Assembly (NCBI GenBank): GCA_964429275.1
Contig: CAYSBJ010000002.1
Coordinates: 346,459 to 392,730, forward strand
Direction of reading: 5' to 3'
Source of the DNA: an uncultured Pseudomonadota bacterium
GTDB taxonomy: Bacteria > Babelota > Babeliae > Babelales > JAUPTZ01
DNA length: 46,272 nucleotides
Shown: one piece after another, positions 8,999 through 18,032 of the stretch
How positions within the stretch are numbered: the first letter of the stretch is position 1
Layout of the letters: each line of letters starts with the position of its first letter
Made by a program: the position numbers and the translations under genes
Notes under the pieces: model-generated
Told to the model about the DNA's origin: nothing
Seen by the model: only the letters and a program-made list of their open reading frames with translations
Database searches by the model: none

Positions 8999-10222
8999 AT
9001 GTACATACGATCTTGGTTTTTACTCGAGACAGCGCTTTCTAGCTTGAGCCGCCATAAAGGCCGCTCGCTCCTTACTATACTAAGCATCATCATCGGCATC
9101 GCTACCGTTATTGCAACCCTTGCAATCGGACGTGGTGCACAAGAAAAGATACGGGACCGATTAGCCAATCTCGGCACCAACCTCCTCTCTGTTTATGCCG
9201 GCAGTCCAAACTTTGGCGGACCCAGCGCAAAAGAATTCATGCCGCTGACTACTCACGATGTCGATTTTTTTCGCTCTTTTGATCCACGTATTCGTGCAGT
9301 CTCCGGCGTCTGCCGCTATAAAGAAACTGACGTAACGTATCAAAACAAAAAAATCACTTCCTCCGTTGCTGGCGTTGAGCCGACCGCCCTTCACATTAAC
9401 AACCGACAATTAAACAAAGGGCGAAATTTTTTAGTGGCCGATATGCAAACCTATGCCTCCCACGTTATTGTAGGGTCTGAAGTCGCGCGCACGTTGTTTG
9501 GCTGCTCCAATCCACTAGGCAAAGTAATAACCATCGAGGAAAAAAAGTTTACCATAATTGGCGTACTCGAAGAAAAAGAAAGTCCGTATACTTTTCACAA
9601 CATTAATAAAGAAGTATTTCTCCCCCTTACCACCTGCAAACGTCTTATGGGAAGACAGAACAACGTTGTGCACTCCATTATCATGTCGATCGATGATAAA
9701 GCAGATATCACCCAAGTAGAGCGCCTTCTCAAACGTGCCTTACGCGCTCGTCATCGCATTGATACTAAGAACCCAGATGACTTTACGATTTGGAATCAAT
9801 CCAGCATGATGGCCGCCGCCAAACAATCGTCACAAACATTTAACCTCTTTCTCCTTATTGTCGCCTCACTCTCTTTGTTTGTTGGCGGGCTTGGTGTCAG
9901 CAATATCATGCTGGTCACCGTTACCGAGCGCACCAAAGAAATAGGCATACGCATGGCACTGGGTGCATCCCCAACCATTATTTTGGCACAGTTTCTTGTT
10001 GAATCAGTTATTCTCTGCCTGATTGGCGGCTTTATTGGCACGCTGCTCGGCATACTCGTCCCGCACATCGTGGCGCTTTTTACCGACTGGAACGTTGTCG
10101 TATCATTAAGTTCTATTTTTTTAAGCGTAATTATCACTTCAATGATTGGACTTTTCTTTGGCTTTTGGCCAGCACGCCGCGCTTCACGCCTCACTATTGT
10201 TGACGCGCTAAACGACCAGTAG
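8999..10222 (+). CDS. MacB/FtsX-type ABC transporter permease
   Basis: RSLLTILSIIIG, GGLGVSNIMLVTVTERTKEIGIRMALGA, FFGFWPARRA. Confidence 0.93.
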   Translation: MYIRSWFLLETALSSLSRHKGRSLLTILSIIIGIATVIATLAIGRGAQEKIRDRLANLGTNLLSVYAGSPNFGGPSAKEFMPLTTHDVDFFRSFDPRIRAVSGVCRYKETDVTYQNKKITSSVAGVEPTALHINNRQLNKGRNFLVADMQTYASHVIVGSEVARTLFGCSNPLGKVITIEEKKFTIIGVLEEKESPYTFHNINKEVFLPLTTCKRLMGRQNNVVHSIIMSIDDKADITQVERLLKRALRARHRIDTKNPDDFTIWNQSSMMAAAKQSSQTFNLFLLIVASLSLFVGGLGVSNIMLVTVTERTKEIGIRMALGASPTIILAQFLVESVILCLIGGFIGTLLGILVPHIVALFTDWNVVVSLSSIFLSVIITSMIGLFFGFWPARRASRLTIVDALNDQ

Positions 10223-10230
10223 GAATCGCC

Positions 10231-10926
10231 ATGCACACAAAAAATGCTATTGAACTGGACTCCCTCACAAAGACATACCAAGTAGGCGGAGAACCATTAA
10301 CAGTACTTGATGTCCAAAAAATGATCATCGCTCAACGGGAATGGGTGAGTATTACAGGGCAATCTGGTTCGGGCAAAACAACCCTTCTACATATCTTGGG
10401 ATGCCTTGACCTCCCCACAACCGGGACCTACTTCCTCAACGGTGTAGATACCACCCATCTAACGCCAATCGCTCTCAGTAAGATACGAAATAGCACTATC
10501 GGCTTTATCTTCCAACGGTTCAATCTGCTCGCCACACTAACTGCTGCGGAAAACATTGCGCTTCCATTACGGTATGCTGGTTTTGCCCCACAAACCATCG
10601 CCGAGCGCCTTGACGAAATGTTTACCCTTATCGGCCTCAGCGAACGGCGCAATCATTATCCCCACCAACTCTCCGGAGGTCAACAACAGCGCATCGCCAT
10701 TGCACGGGCCCTTATTACAAGACCAAGCCTCATTTTGGCGGATGAACCGACTGGCAGCCTTGATTCCACAACCGGCAAAGAGATACTAAAATTTCTTAAA
10801 ATGCTGCACACAGCCTACTCCATTACTATTGTACTAATCACCCATGACCCAGACGTTGCAGCCCACGGCACGCGCGTGATACACATAAAAGATGGCCGCA
10901 TCTTTTCAGATACGGCCAATTTCTAG
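10231..10926 (+). CDS. ABC transporter ATP-binding subunit (MacB/LolD-like)
   Basis: Walker [25 protein letters not shown]. Confidence 0.95.
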   Translation: MHTKNAIELDSLTKTYQVGGEPLTVLDVQKMIIAQREWVSITGQSGSGKTTLLHILGCLDLPTTGTYFLNGVDTTHLTPIALSKIRNSTIGFIFQRFNLLATLTAAENIALPLRYAGFAPQTIAERLDEMFTLIGLSERRNHYPHQLSGGQQQRIAIARALITRPSLILADEPTGSLDSTTGKEILKFLKMLHTAYSITIVLITHDPDVAAHGTRVIHIKDGRIFSDTANF

Positions 10927-11013
10927 CCAACGCAATTTAACTTAATAGACGAGGAAGCACCGGAGATATGGCGGCAGATGACGGCGGCAAGCACCGTCTA
11001 TAAACGCGTCAAG

Positions 11014-12093
11014 CTATACCGCTTTTTCGTACACCATGCCATGTTCCATAAGATACAGAATTGTCGGATCAACAAGCTTTAATAGTCCTTGTTTCTTCGC
11101 ATTTTCTATATTGATACCAATCCTTAAGGAATCAACACTAATTGGTAAAACCGGCATTGAACGTATTGGCTCTTTTTTTTCCAAAATACGCACCGCATAA
11201 CCACCAACGTCGCGACCAACATCGAACAAACTATACCCAAACGCCAGCGCAGCCCCTTGGCCCAATTTGTTGAGATTCATCGTAACATAAGAAAACTTTT
11301 GATGCTGGGTACATAATTTGGCAATGCCCTCTAGGGCTTCAAGAGTAGACGCATCAGGAAGCAACCACACCATGTCGATATCTTCCATAAATGGAGTCAT
11401 TCGCTCTACCACCTCATTTGGACTATACACTTTCAGGTCAGTCACTAGATACCCACGTTTTTCTAATTCATTTCCTATGTAAATACGGTACTCTTCAAGC
11501 GTCCCCCCCAACATAGTTGGGTTATACGGCATAAAAATCCTTTTAACATTCGGTGCAAAAAGCGGTAGCTGATCAATCATCGGCTCAACAAAGTCAAAAC
11601 CAAAAACACCAAATCCCGTAATATTTTCCCCGGGAACACCGGCCTCGTCAACCAATCCAACTTTTACTGGATCACCAATACCGCAAAAGACGATCGGTAC
11701 TTTGCTCCCACGCTTTTCTGCAGTCTCTTTGATACACTGAGCAGCGAGAGAACCAAACGGAATAATGAGATCAAAATCATCAGTAATTGCCTTATCTGCT
11801 AGTGCATGAAGCTTAATCTTGTCTGCGTTGGCATCCAGAACAGTAAGTTGATAAGAATATTCTGAGGAGGTCGATTGTTCAGTAATCGCCTGCATGATTC
11901 CAGACCGCGTCAACTCGGCACTGTCCATCTCAAAGAGTTCAAGAAAGGCAATCTTAAATGGCGGCTTCTTTTCCTTTGGCACCACTTCTTGCACCGGACC
12001 ACGGGCCGTAAAAAGAAAGTAAAGAAGAATCGCACCTAAAATAACATTTAAGCTTATGCCGACAAGGGTTGTCTTGGAGAAACTGGCCATCAT
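11014..12093 (-). CDS. Orphan ABC substrate-binding protein (ABC_sub_bind family) with N-terminal membrane anchor
   Basis: VPIVFCGIGDPVKVGLV..PGENITG..PNVKRI..YNP motif. Confidence 0.85.
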   Translation of the reverse strand: MMASFSKTTLVGISLNVILGAILLYFLFTARGPVQEVVPKEKKPPFKIAFLELFEMDSAELTRSGIMQAITEQSTSSEYSYQLTVLDANADKIKLHALADKAITDDFDLIIPFGSLAAQCIKETAEKRGSKVPIVFCGIGDPVKVGLVDEAGVPGENITGFGVFGFDFVEPMIDQLPLFAPNVKRIFMPYNPTMLGGTLEEYRIYIGNELEKRGYLVTDLKVYSPNEVVERMTPFMEDIDMVWLLPDASTLEALEGIAKLCTQHQKFSYVTMNLNKLGQGAALAFGYSLFDVGRDVGGYAVRILEKKEPIRSMPVLPISVDSLRIGINIENAKKQGLLKLVDPTILYLMEHGMVYEKAV

Positions 12094-12146
12094 AATAAGT
12101 ACCTTTATGTATGAGTGAAGGGAATAAACTATACGTCAGCCAGCTC

Positions 12147-12824
12147 CTATTCTACGGGCCTTTTCAAAAAAATCAACCGCCGTTTACGGCTTCCAACTTT
12201 ATATGGACGGTCGGCTGTAATATACTGAGACACGCCTTCTTCAGGTACCCAAAGCTCACTTGCCCAATACACCAGCGTTGCCGTGTTATACGCTGATGAC
12301 GGTTTGAACATACGACATAATTCTTCTACCGGCAATGCAGCTCGAGAAACAAAAAGATCTAGTTCGCCCTCAGTAGTTCGGACGAAGGTCCGCCAGTCAT
12401 TAGAAAAAGTCTGGACATCCTCAAGCCTCAACTCCTCTACCACCATCTCTAAAAAGCGGCGCTTCTTACCATTAGGCTCGATAAGCAACATTGGCAGCTG
12501 CGGATACATAATTTTAAGCGGTAATGCAGGAAAACCAGCACCGGTTCCCACATCAACCAACCCCTTTACAGCAGATAGATCAAACCACTGAGCAATCATA
12601 AGAGAATCAGTAAAGTGATGCTTAATAACCCCACGCGCCGAAACAATAGCGGTCAGGTTTACTTGCTTGTTATAGTACATCAAAAGATCGAAATAGCGCT
12701 CAAATTGCTCTGCTTGGCGCTCAGTAAGGGTATATTTGCTCCGAAAATCCCGCCATGCGACCTTGACATCTTCATGCGTTTCTTTTGACTGAAGAAATTC
12801 TTGCTTTTCTTTAAGCTCTGGCAT
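12147..12824 (-). CDS. rsmG: 16S rRNA m7G527 methyltransferase
   Basis: NLTAI..HFTDSL..DVGTGAGFPALPLKI..SRA. Confidence 0.93.
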   Translation of the reverse strand: MPELKEKQEFLQSKETHEDVKVAWRDFRSKYTLTERQAEQFERYFDLLMYYNKQVNLTAIVSARGVIKHHFTDSLMIAQWFDLSAVKGLVDVGTGAGFPALPLKIMYPQLPMLLIEPNGKKRRFLEMVVEELRLEDVQTFSNDWRTFVRTTEGELDLFVSRAALPVEELCRMFKPSSAYNTATLVYWASELWVPEEGVSQYITADRPYKVGSRKRRLIFLKRPVE

Positions 12825-12874
12825 TTTTAACTCTCTCTTTGTTACAATATGAATGAACTACACAGCACTCAGGG

Positions 12875-13744
12875 ATGCATATGTCACGTAAAAGCCGACT
12901 TACTATAACGTTTTTTGCAGTAATTTCCACTTTCAGTCCAATGCTCGATGCGGGCAACCCTATTATTGGGGGGTACCTTGTTCCTGCCCCACAAGAGGTT
13001 ATACAACCATTAAACCTGCCTACCCCGGTAGTCGGTGGGATTAAAATTACTTATTCCGGATATTCCGACTACACGAATCGTGATGGTTACTTTTCCTTTC
13101 CCAAACATCATACCGATCCGGAAATCCGCCTCATTGTCTGCGCTGAGACTGACTATGACTTGCTGAAAGAAACCGTATCGAAAGTCAAAATAAACTCTAA
13201 AGCCCAAAACCCGGCGATTGCGGTCTACCGCATTACCAAACAAAAAGAAACTTTTTCCGAAGACGTAAATGCACAAGGAATCGGAAAAAAAGATCAAACG
13301 CAGAAGGCCGCTCCCGAAACCCCCGGAGATGCAGACAAAGCAAAAGATGCGAACAAAGATGCTGACCCGAGCAAAAAAACCGACACGCCAAACAACAATG
13401 AAGTATGGTGTTACACAATTAAAGCAGAAGGGAACCTAGCCCCGACTGATGGTATACGATCAACTGATGTCATAATCCACTGTGATCCAGCAATGATATA
13501 TCTAAAAGATAAGTCATACTACTACGCAAGCACGGAGGAAACCTCTCACTTCATCCTGCCAACCGAGTGCATCTTTCTGCTTAAAACACCTGCAGCTCCA
13601 GATTTAGATCGGGCCGATATCATGACCGAATCAATTGAGTCTGAAATCCAGGTCGAAAATGTAGAAAATAAGAGTAGTGAAACTGATAGCATGGGCAACC
13701 CGCTGCCAGGTGTTGTTCGTTCAGCACGTTCAAATACTCAGTAA
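12875..13744 (+). CDS. Hypothetical secreted protein
   Basis: Signal peptide; TNRDGYFSF beta-sandwich-like motif; charged low-complexity loop; start 12875 or 12881. Confidence 0.7.
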   Translation: MHMSRKSRLTITFFAVISTFSPMLDAGNPIIGGYLVPAPQEVIQPLNLPTPVVGGIKITYSGYSDYTNRDGYFSFPKHHTDPEIRLIVCAETDYDLLKETVSKVKINSKAQNPAIAVYRITKQKETFSEDVNAQGIGKKDQTQKAAPETPGDADKAKDANKDADPSKKTDTPNNNEVWCYTIKAEGNLAPTDGIRSTDVIIHCDPAMIYLKDKSYYYASTEETSHFILPTECIFLLKTPAAPDLDRADIMTESIESEIQVENVENKSSETDSMGNPLPGVVRSARSNTQ

Positions 13745-13816
13745 TGTTGGGTGATTTTTCTCTATAACCTGATACACTATCGCTGTATTTACTTAACCGG
13801 TTATGAAAGAAGTCCC

Positions 13817-14455
13817 ATGGAATCCACAACATCTAAATTCCCTGCATACGACGTACGTGAAGAACTAAAGCCAGAAAACCTTTTCGACATCTCAGCCGAG
13901 CAGATTGATGACCACTGGAATTTGTATAAAGGCTACGTAAAACAAGTAAACACCTTAAATGAAGAACTAGTCAAACTGCGCGATGCCGGTGAAGTCGGTG
14001 GGTTAGTGTACGCCGATCGCCGCCGCCGCTATGGCTTTGAATATAACGGCATGGTGCTTCATGAATACTATTTTGGCAATCTAAAAAACAATCAAAACGA
14101 TTTAGAAACCGGTGACTTGTTAACTGCCATGACACGCTCATTCGGTTCGTACAATACCTGGAAAAAAGATTTTGAAGCTGCAGCAAAATCCCGCGCTATC
14201 GGCTGGGCTATTTTGTATGCGGACACCACTACCGGCGCACTAACTAACCACTTTATCGCTGAACATGGCAACGGTAACGTCGCCGGTTTTTCACCAATCC
14301 TTGTGCTCGACGTATGGGAACATGCCTATATGGTCGACCACTTGGCTTCTGGACGGGGCGACTACATCGCTGCTTTTATGAAAAATATTGATTGGGATAA
14401 AGCCCAAGAACGGTATGAAGCAGTAAGAGCGGGAAAAATTACACCGCGATTTTAG
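13817..14455 (+). CDS. sod: Fe/Mn superoxide dismutase (ChrC/archaeal-like subtype)
   Basis: HWNLYKGYV, NGMVLHEYYF, DVWEHAY metal ligands. Confidence 0.92.
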   Translation: MESTTSKFPAYDVREELKPENLFDISAEQIDDHWNLYKGYVKQVNTLNEELVKLRDAGEVGGLVYADRRRRYGFEYNGMVLHEYYFGNLKNNQNDLETGDLLTAMTRSFGSYNTWKKDFEAAAKSRAIGWAILYADTTTGALTNHFIAEHGNGNVAGFSPILVLDVWEHAYMVDHLASGRGDYIAAFMKNIDWDKAQERYEAVRAGKITPRF

Positions 14456-14457
14456 TC

Positions 14458-16215
14458 TCAACTCTTCTTATGTTTCAGATCCTGAATTTTTGCCAGCGCC
14501 TCTATCTCCGCAACTTGGGTTGCTTGCGCGGCATCTTTATCAGGTCGATAGCCCATAATCCGTGGAAACCGCAATGCATAACCAGGCGCATGTGCTGTTT
14601 TTCCAGCGGCATGAATCGGTGAGCGAGTAATATCATCTGCCCGCACACTACATACAATACGCGGCGCTACCCACACATCGGGTGCAAGCCCCGGGGCACA
14701 TACCACGTTATGTGGTTGGCCATGAACCACCGCCTGGTCACAGCGACCACGAAGCTCTTTCCACTGTTCATCAGAAAGACCAGTTCCAATTTTTGCTATT
14801 GTTTCAAAGGCATCAGTTAATGGGTTATACACCCCTACCAAAAATGCCCCGATACCAAACAAGGCCCGCTTACCAGCGCCAGCGTAATAACCCAAAATAA
14901 CGCAATCGATCGTATCCGCAAGTTCGCCACGCTCTTGGCGTTTGAGCTTAATCCAATTACTATTTCGCTTACCCGGCTGATAGCAAGCCTGGTTGTTTTT
15001 TACCACAATGCCTTCAAGGCCAATGCTCATCGCATGCTCAAAATAGAGCGCTAACTGATCAGCACTGGTAATAACTTCTTCTTCAATTACACGTACTTGA
15101 CCATCGCGTGGCAACAATGCGCATAATCGCTCGCGGCGCTGAGCATGTGTATGATTCAGCATACTTTCACCGTTAATCTGCAAAAGATCAAAAACATAGA
15201 GCGTTAACGGCAATTCTGCTGCTGCCTCTTCAATGCCATGTTTACGCTTACGCTTTACCGTATCCTGAAACGGCATAAAACTCCCCGTTACCGCATCATG
15301 CACAATCGCCTCTCCCTCCATGATAAGTGATGTTACATCGAGCGGCTGCAATGCTGTTACCAAGTCGGGAAACATCGCCGACATGTCGTGCAAATTACGA
15401 GAGAAAAAGCGTGTTTGCTGCGTACCATGCTCATCAATCCAACGATGAATTTGCAAGCGAAAGCCATCTAACTTTGGCTGAGCGACACAGAACCCCAACT
15501 TATCAAATATAGCCTGCGAATCTGCAAGTCGATCGGCTGCTGCGGGGCGGACTGGGATGCCAGGAATCATCGTTGCAGCACGCATTTGATCCATGCCGAT
15601 AGTTTTCAGCAGATACAGCACGTGACCAATATCTGCGGAAACATTAAAGCAATGCTCCAGTACCGGTTTCAATTTCTTATCCCCCCCCATCATCCAGGAG
15701 TAGGCATCAATCATCGTCATTTCAGAAAAACCCAGCCGCAATGCCCCTACGACACTGCGCACGACAAAGCAAGCCTCTGTGGGAGAAAGACGACTCAGTA
15801 GTTCAGCAAGCAACTGCTCTTTCAGCTCTTGAGAGCCCGCTCCAGAAGCATCAAGGATGGCATGTAATGCCATTTTAACCTCGTTAATGGAAAGATGCTC
15901 TGCCGTTTCTTCAGACGTTTGCCGCGCCTGCAACACATAACTTCCAATATCCCCGAGTATTTTTACGTTGTCAGCAACAACCACTACCGACTCTTGGAGC
16001 GACAGCGCTACGGCACGAATGGCAGTTTTTTCTGCAATATTCATATTTTTGTTGTAGTAAGACGGATACAACTCACCCAAGCAAAAATGGGCCAAAAAAG
16101 AAGCCTCTTCCGCCGACACCTGCGTAAACAGGGCGGCAAGTATTTCGGTGATAGCATTTCGAGAAGATTCTTGTTCAATGCGAGAAAAAGCCTTCGCAAC
16201 CAAAGCAAATTTCAT
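14458..16215 (-). CDS. lig: ATP-dependent DNA ligase with N-terminal DNA-binding domain
   Basis: KLDGFRLQIH (motif I), EGIVVK, WIKLK, ALRFPR. Confidence 0.95.
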   Translation of the reverse strand: MKFALVAKAFSRIEQESSRNAITEILAALFTQVSAEEASFLAHFCLGELYPSYYNKNMNIAEKTAIRAVALSLQESVVVVADNVKILGDIGSYVLQARQTSEETAEHLSINEVKMALHAILDASGAGSQELKEQLLAELLSRLSPTEACFVVRSVVGALRLGFSEMTMIDAYSWMMGGDKKLKPVLEHCFNVSADIGHVLYLLKTIGMDQMRAATMIPGIPVRPAAADRLADSQAIFDKLGFCVAQPKLDGFRLQIHRWIDEHGTQQTRFFSRNLHDMSAMFPDLVTALQPLDVTSLIMEGEAIVHDAVTGSFMPFQDTVKRKRKHGIEEAAAELPLTLYVFDLLQINGESMLNHTHAQRRERLCALLPRDGQVRVIEEEVITSADQLALYFEHAMSIGLEGIVVKNNQACYQPGKRNSNWIKLKRQERGELADTIDCVILGYYAGAGKRALFGIGAFLVGVYNPLTDAFETIAKIGTGLSDEQWKELRGRCDQAVVHGQPHNVVCAPGLAPDVWVAPRIVCSVRADDITRSPIHAAGKTAHAPGYALRFPRIMGYRPDKDAAQATQVAEIEALAKIQDLKHKKS

Positions 16216-16216
16216 A

Positions 16217-16795
16217 TTACGCCCGCCTTCTCATCAGTGAAATAATATTGTCACGATGCCGCATCCAAATCCACACGGCAATTGCCAAGGCTACCAAGAC
16301 CGTGTGCGCACCATACCCAGTAATAAATAATAAAGCCGGAGCCAGAGCCGAAGCACCCAGTGAGGCAACATCAACTCGCTGCATGCGAGAGGCAATAACA
16401 ATAAATGCCAGAGCACAAGCCAAAAATAACCAAAAAGGAAACAGATAGAGCATGATGCCCACCGTTGTCGCCACCCCTTTACCACCCGCAAAGCCAATGA
16501 AAGGGGAATACGCATTACCAAAATATACCGCAGCGGTTGCGCACAACATTGTGGTCGGCTCATGACCACAGAATAAGGCGGTCAAAAACAGCGCAAGAAA
16601 AGCTTTTAGCGCATCTATGATCAAAACGAATACAAATCCACCACTTCCTAAAAACCGTCCGGTGTTTGTTGCACCGCTATTGCCAGAACCCATCATGCGG
16701 ATATCTTTTCCCAGCATAAACCGCACCAGCAGATAACTGGTTGGCAACGCACCAACAATGTAGCAAAATGTAATAAGAAGTAGACTGAGCACCAT
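16217..16795 (-). CDS. plsY: Glycerol-3-phosphate acyltransferase
   Basis: DIRMMGSGNSGATN, DALK, FAGGKGVAT, RHRDNI; GGAGG RBS. Confidence 0.93.
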   Translation of the reverse strand: MVLSLLLITFCYIVGALPTSYLLVRFMLGKDIRMMGSGNSGATNTGRFLGSGGFVFVLIIDALKAFLALFLTALFCGHEPTTMLCATAAVYFGNAYSPFIGFAGGKGVATTVGIMLYLFPFWLFLACALAFIVIASRMQRVDVASLGASALAPALLFITGYGAHTVLVALAIAVWIWMRHRDNIISLMRRRA

Positions 16796-16822
16796 GCAAT
16801 CCTCCAAGATAAAATCGAGAGG

Positions 16823-16863
16823 AGCGCACTGTAGCACGATTTAAGAAATTACTTAAGCGAGCT
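16823..16863. repeat. Direct repeat copy 1 (41 bp)
   Basis: AGCGCACTGTAGCACGATTTAAGAAATTACTTAAGCGAGCT; 2 mismatches to 17341-17381. Confidence 0.9.
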
Positions 16864-17289
16864 CTGCTTCTTCTCTTCGGCTTCGAGCCAATCTCGTATT
16901 TTCATTAAAGCCTTGAGGGCATGCTCTGATATCTCATAACACCCTTTTGCAAGGGCGGTAACAATCGGGTCGGTCTCTTCCTGATACTGCTTAATTTTCG
17001 CTATCTCAGCAAGTATCTGCTCTTTTAACAAAGGAATTGGCAGCTCGTGTTTCAAAAAAAATCCATGCGCAGCATCAAAGCGCTCCAAGATATCGGCATT
17101 TACACGTATTTGCGGGGCATAATGCACATGCCATTTATAAAAATCAATAAGAAGACGTCTCACTTCGCGAAAACACTGATTCGGAAAGGTGTAATGCCTC
17201 GAAGCAGATTTCCCCTTAAAAAAACGGCCTTTCACTGCCACAAACCCAGACCCCAACAACAAAGATATCAATAAAGCTTCCTTTAGCAT
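16849..17289 (-). CDS. Hypothetical exported helical protein, paralogue of 17381..17842
   Basis: MLKEALLISLLLGSGFVA; FDAAH..F; C-terminal AEEKK shared with the neighbour. Confidence 0.7.
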   Translation of the reverse strand: MLKEALLISLLLGSGFVAVKGRFFKGKSASRHYTFPNQCFREVRRLLIDFYKWHVHYAPQIRVNADILERFDAAHGFFLKHELPIPLLKEQILAEIAKIKQYQEETDPIVTALAKGCYEISEHALKALMKIRDWLEAEEKKQSSLK

Positions 17290-17340
17290 TACCATTCCCT
17301 TTACATAAATTATTGCCACTCACTGTTATCGTTCAAAAGA

Positions 17341-17381
17341 AGCGCACTGTAGAACGATTTAAGAAATTGCTTAAGCGAGCT
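17341..17381. repeat. Direct repeat copy 2 (41 bp)
   Basis: AGCGCACTGTAGAACGATTTAAGAAATTGCTTAAGCGAGCT. Confidence 0.9.
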
Positions 17382-17842
17382 TATTTCTTCTCTTCAGCGA
17401 TTGGCTCCCAACGTGTCTTTAACTGCCCTAGAACCTCTTGAATTTTTTTGCTCAAGCCAAAAATGCGGGAGAAGAGCACAGTAAAGGCTTCAGCTTCGTC
17501 AGAATTTTTCTGCTGAGAAGTCAAAAATCGCTCTGAAAAAGCAGCTGCATAAAACGATGCATACTTCTTTTGAAAGCTATCTATACTTGCTAAACCTTCC
17601 TCAATAGTCTCAAAAAAACAACCAGAGGACATAACGAACTTATTATGAGCATCATCAAAGTCATACCCAAATTGAAGTAGCAAAGGGCTTCCGAAATTGA
17701 ATAGGCCAGATTTTATCCGATCAGTCCTTAATATATCCCATGATTCTTTGCACTCCTGTATCTCCCTATCTAGCGCCACCACATCCGCTGCCACGAGCCC
17801 TGATCCCATTAACAAAAATCCCAACATCACATGCTTAAACAT
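17381..17842 (-). CDS. Hypothetical exported helical protein
   Basis: MFKHVMLGFLLMGSGLVAA signal; GGAGG RBS; FDDAH..F; ends AEEKK. Confidence 0.75.
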   Translation of the reverse strand: MFKHVMLGFLLMGSGLVAADVVALDREIQECKESWDILRTDRIKSGLFNFGSPLLLQFGYDFDDAHNKFVMSSGCFFETIEEGLASIDSFQKKYASFYAAAFSERFLTSQQKNSDEAEAFTVLFSRIFGLSKKIQEVLGQLKTRWEPIAEEKK

Positions 17843-17909
17843 CGCCTTATTCCTCCGTATTGGTTATTAACGCGGCAGAGAATAGTACTTTAAGGAAACT
17901 GAAGGCAAC

Positions 17910-17940
17910 AAAAAAGGCTCCCACAAGGAGAGCCTTTTTT
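17910..17940 (-). terminator. Intrinsic terminator after secD-tRNA-Met
   Basis: AAAAAAGGCTC...GAGCCTTTTTT inverted repeat. Confidence 0.8.
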
Positions 17941-17945
17941 GATTC

Positions 17946-18022
17946 TGGTAGCGGCGCAGGGATTCGAACCCCGGACCTACGGATTATGATTCCGCCGCTC
18001 TAACCGACTGAGCTACGCCGCC
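17946..18022 (-). tRNA. tRNA-Met (CAT), elongator type
   Basis: GGCGGCGTAGCTCAGTCGGTTAGAGCG-GCGGA-ATCATAA-TCCGT-AGGTCCGGGGTTCGAATCCCTGCGCCGCTACCA; 77 nt, encoded CCA, paired G1-U72, no initiator GGG/CCC. Confidence 0.92.
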
Positions 18023-18032
18023 AAAAAGTTAT

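Noticed and set aside
6522..10926. TolC-MFP-ABC operon as a novel secretion system
   Set aside because: Ordinary MacAB-TolC-type exporter; the substrate cannot be inferred from sequence
10927..11013. Short internal repeats (AAGCACCG x2, GGCGGCA x2) closed by ATAGACG/CGTCTAT between convergent genes
   Set aside because: Too short and irregular to assign a function; no U-tract or recognised motif
16849..17945. Integrative island at the tRNA-Met 3' end
   Set aside because: No integrase and no duplicated tRNA 3' end (att site) seen
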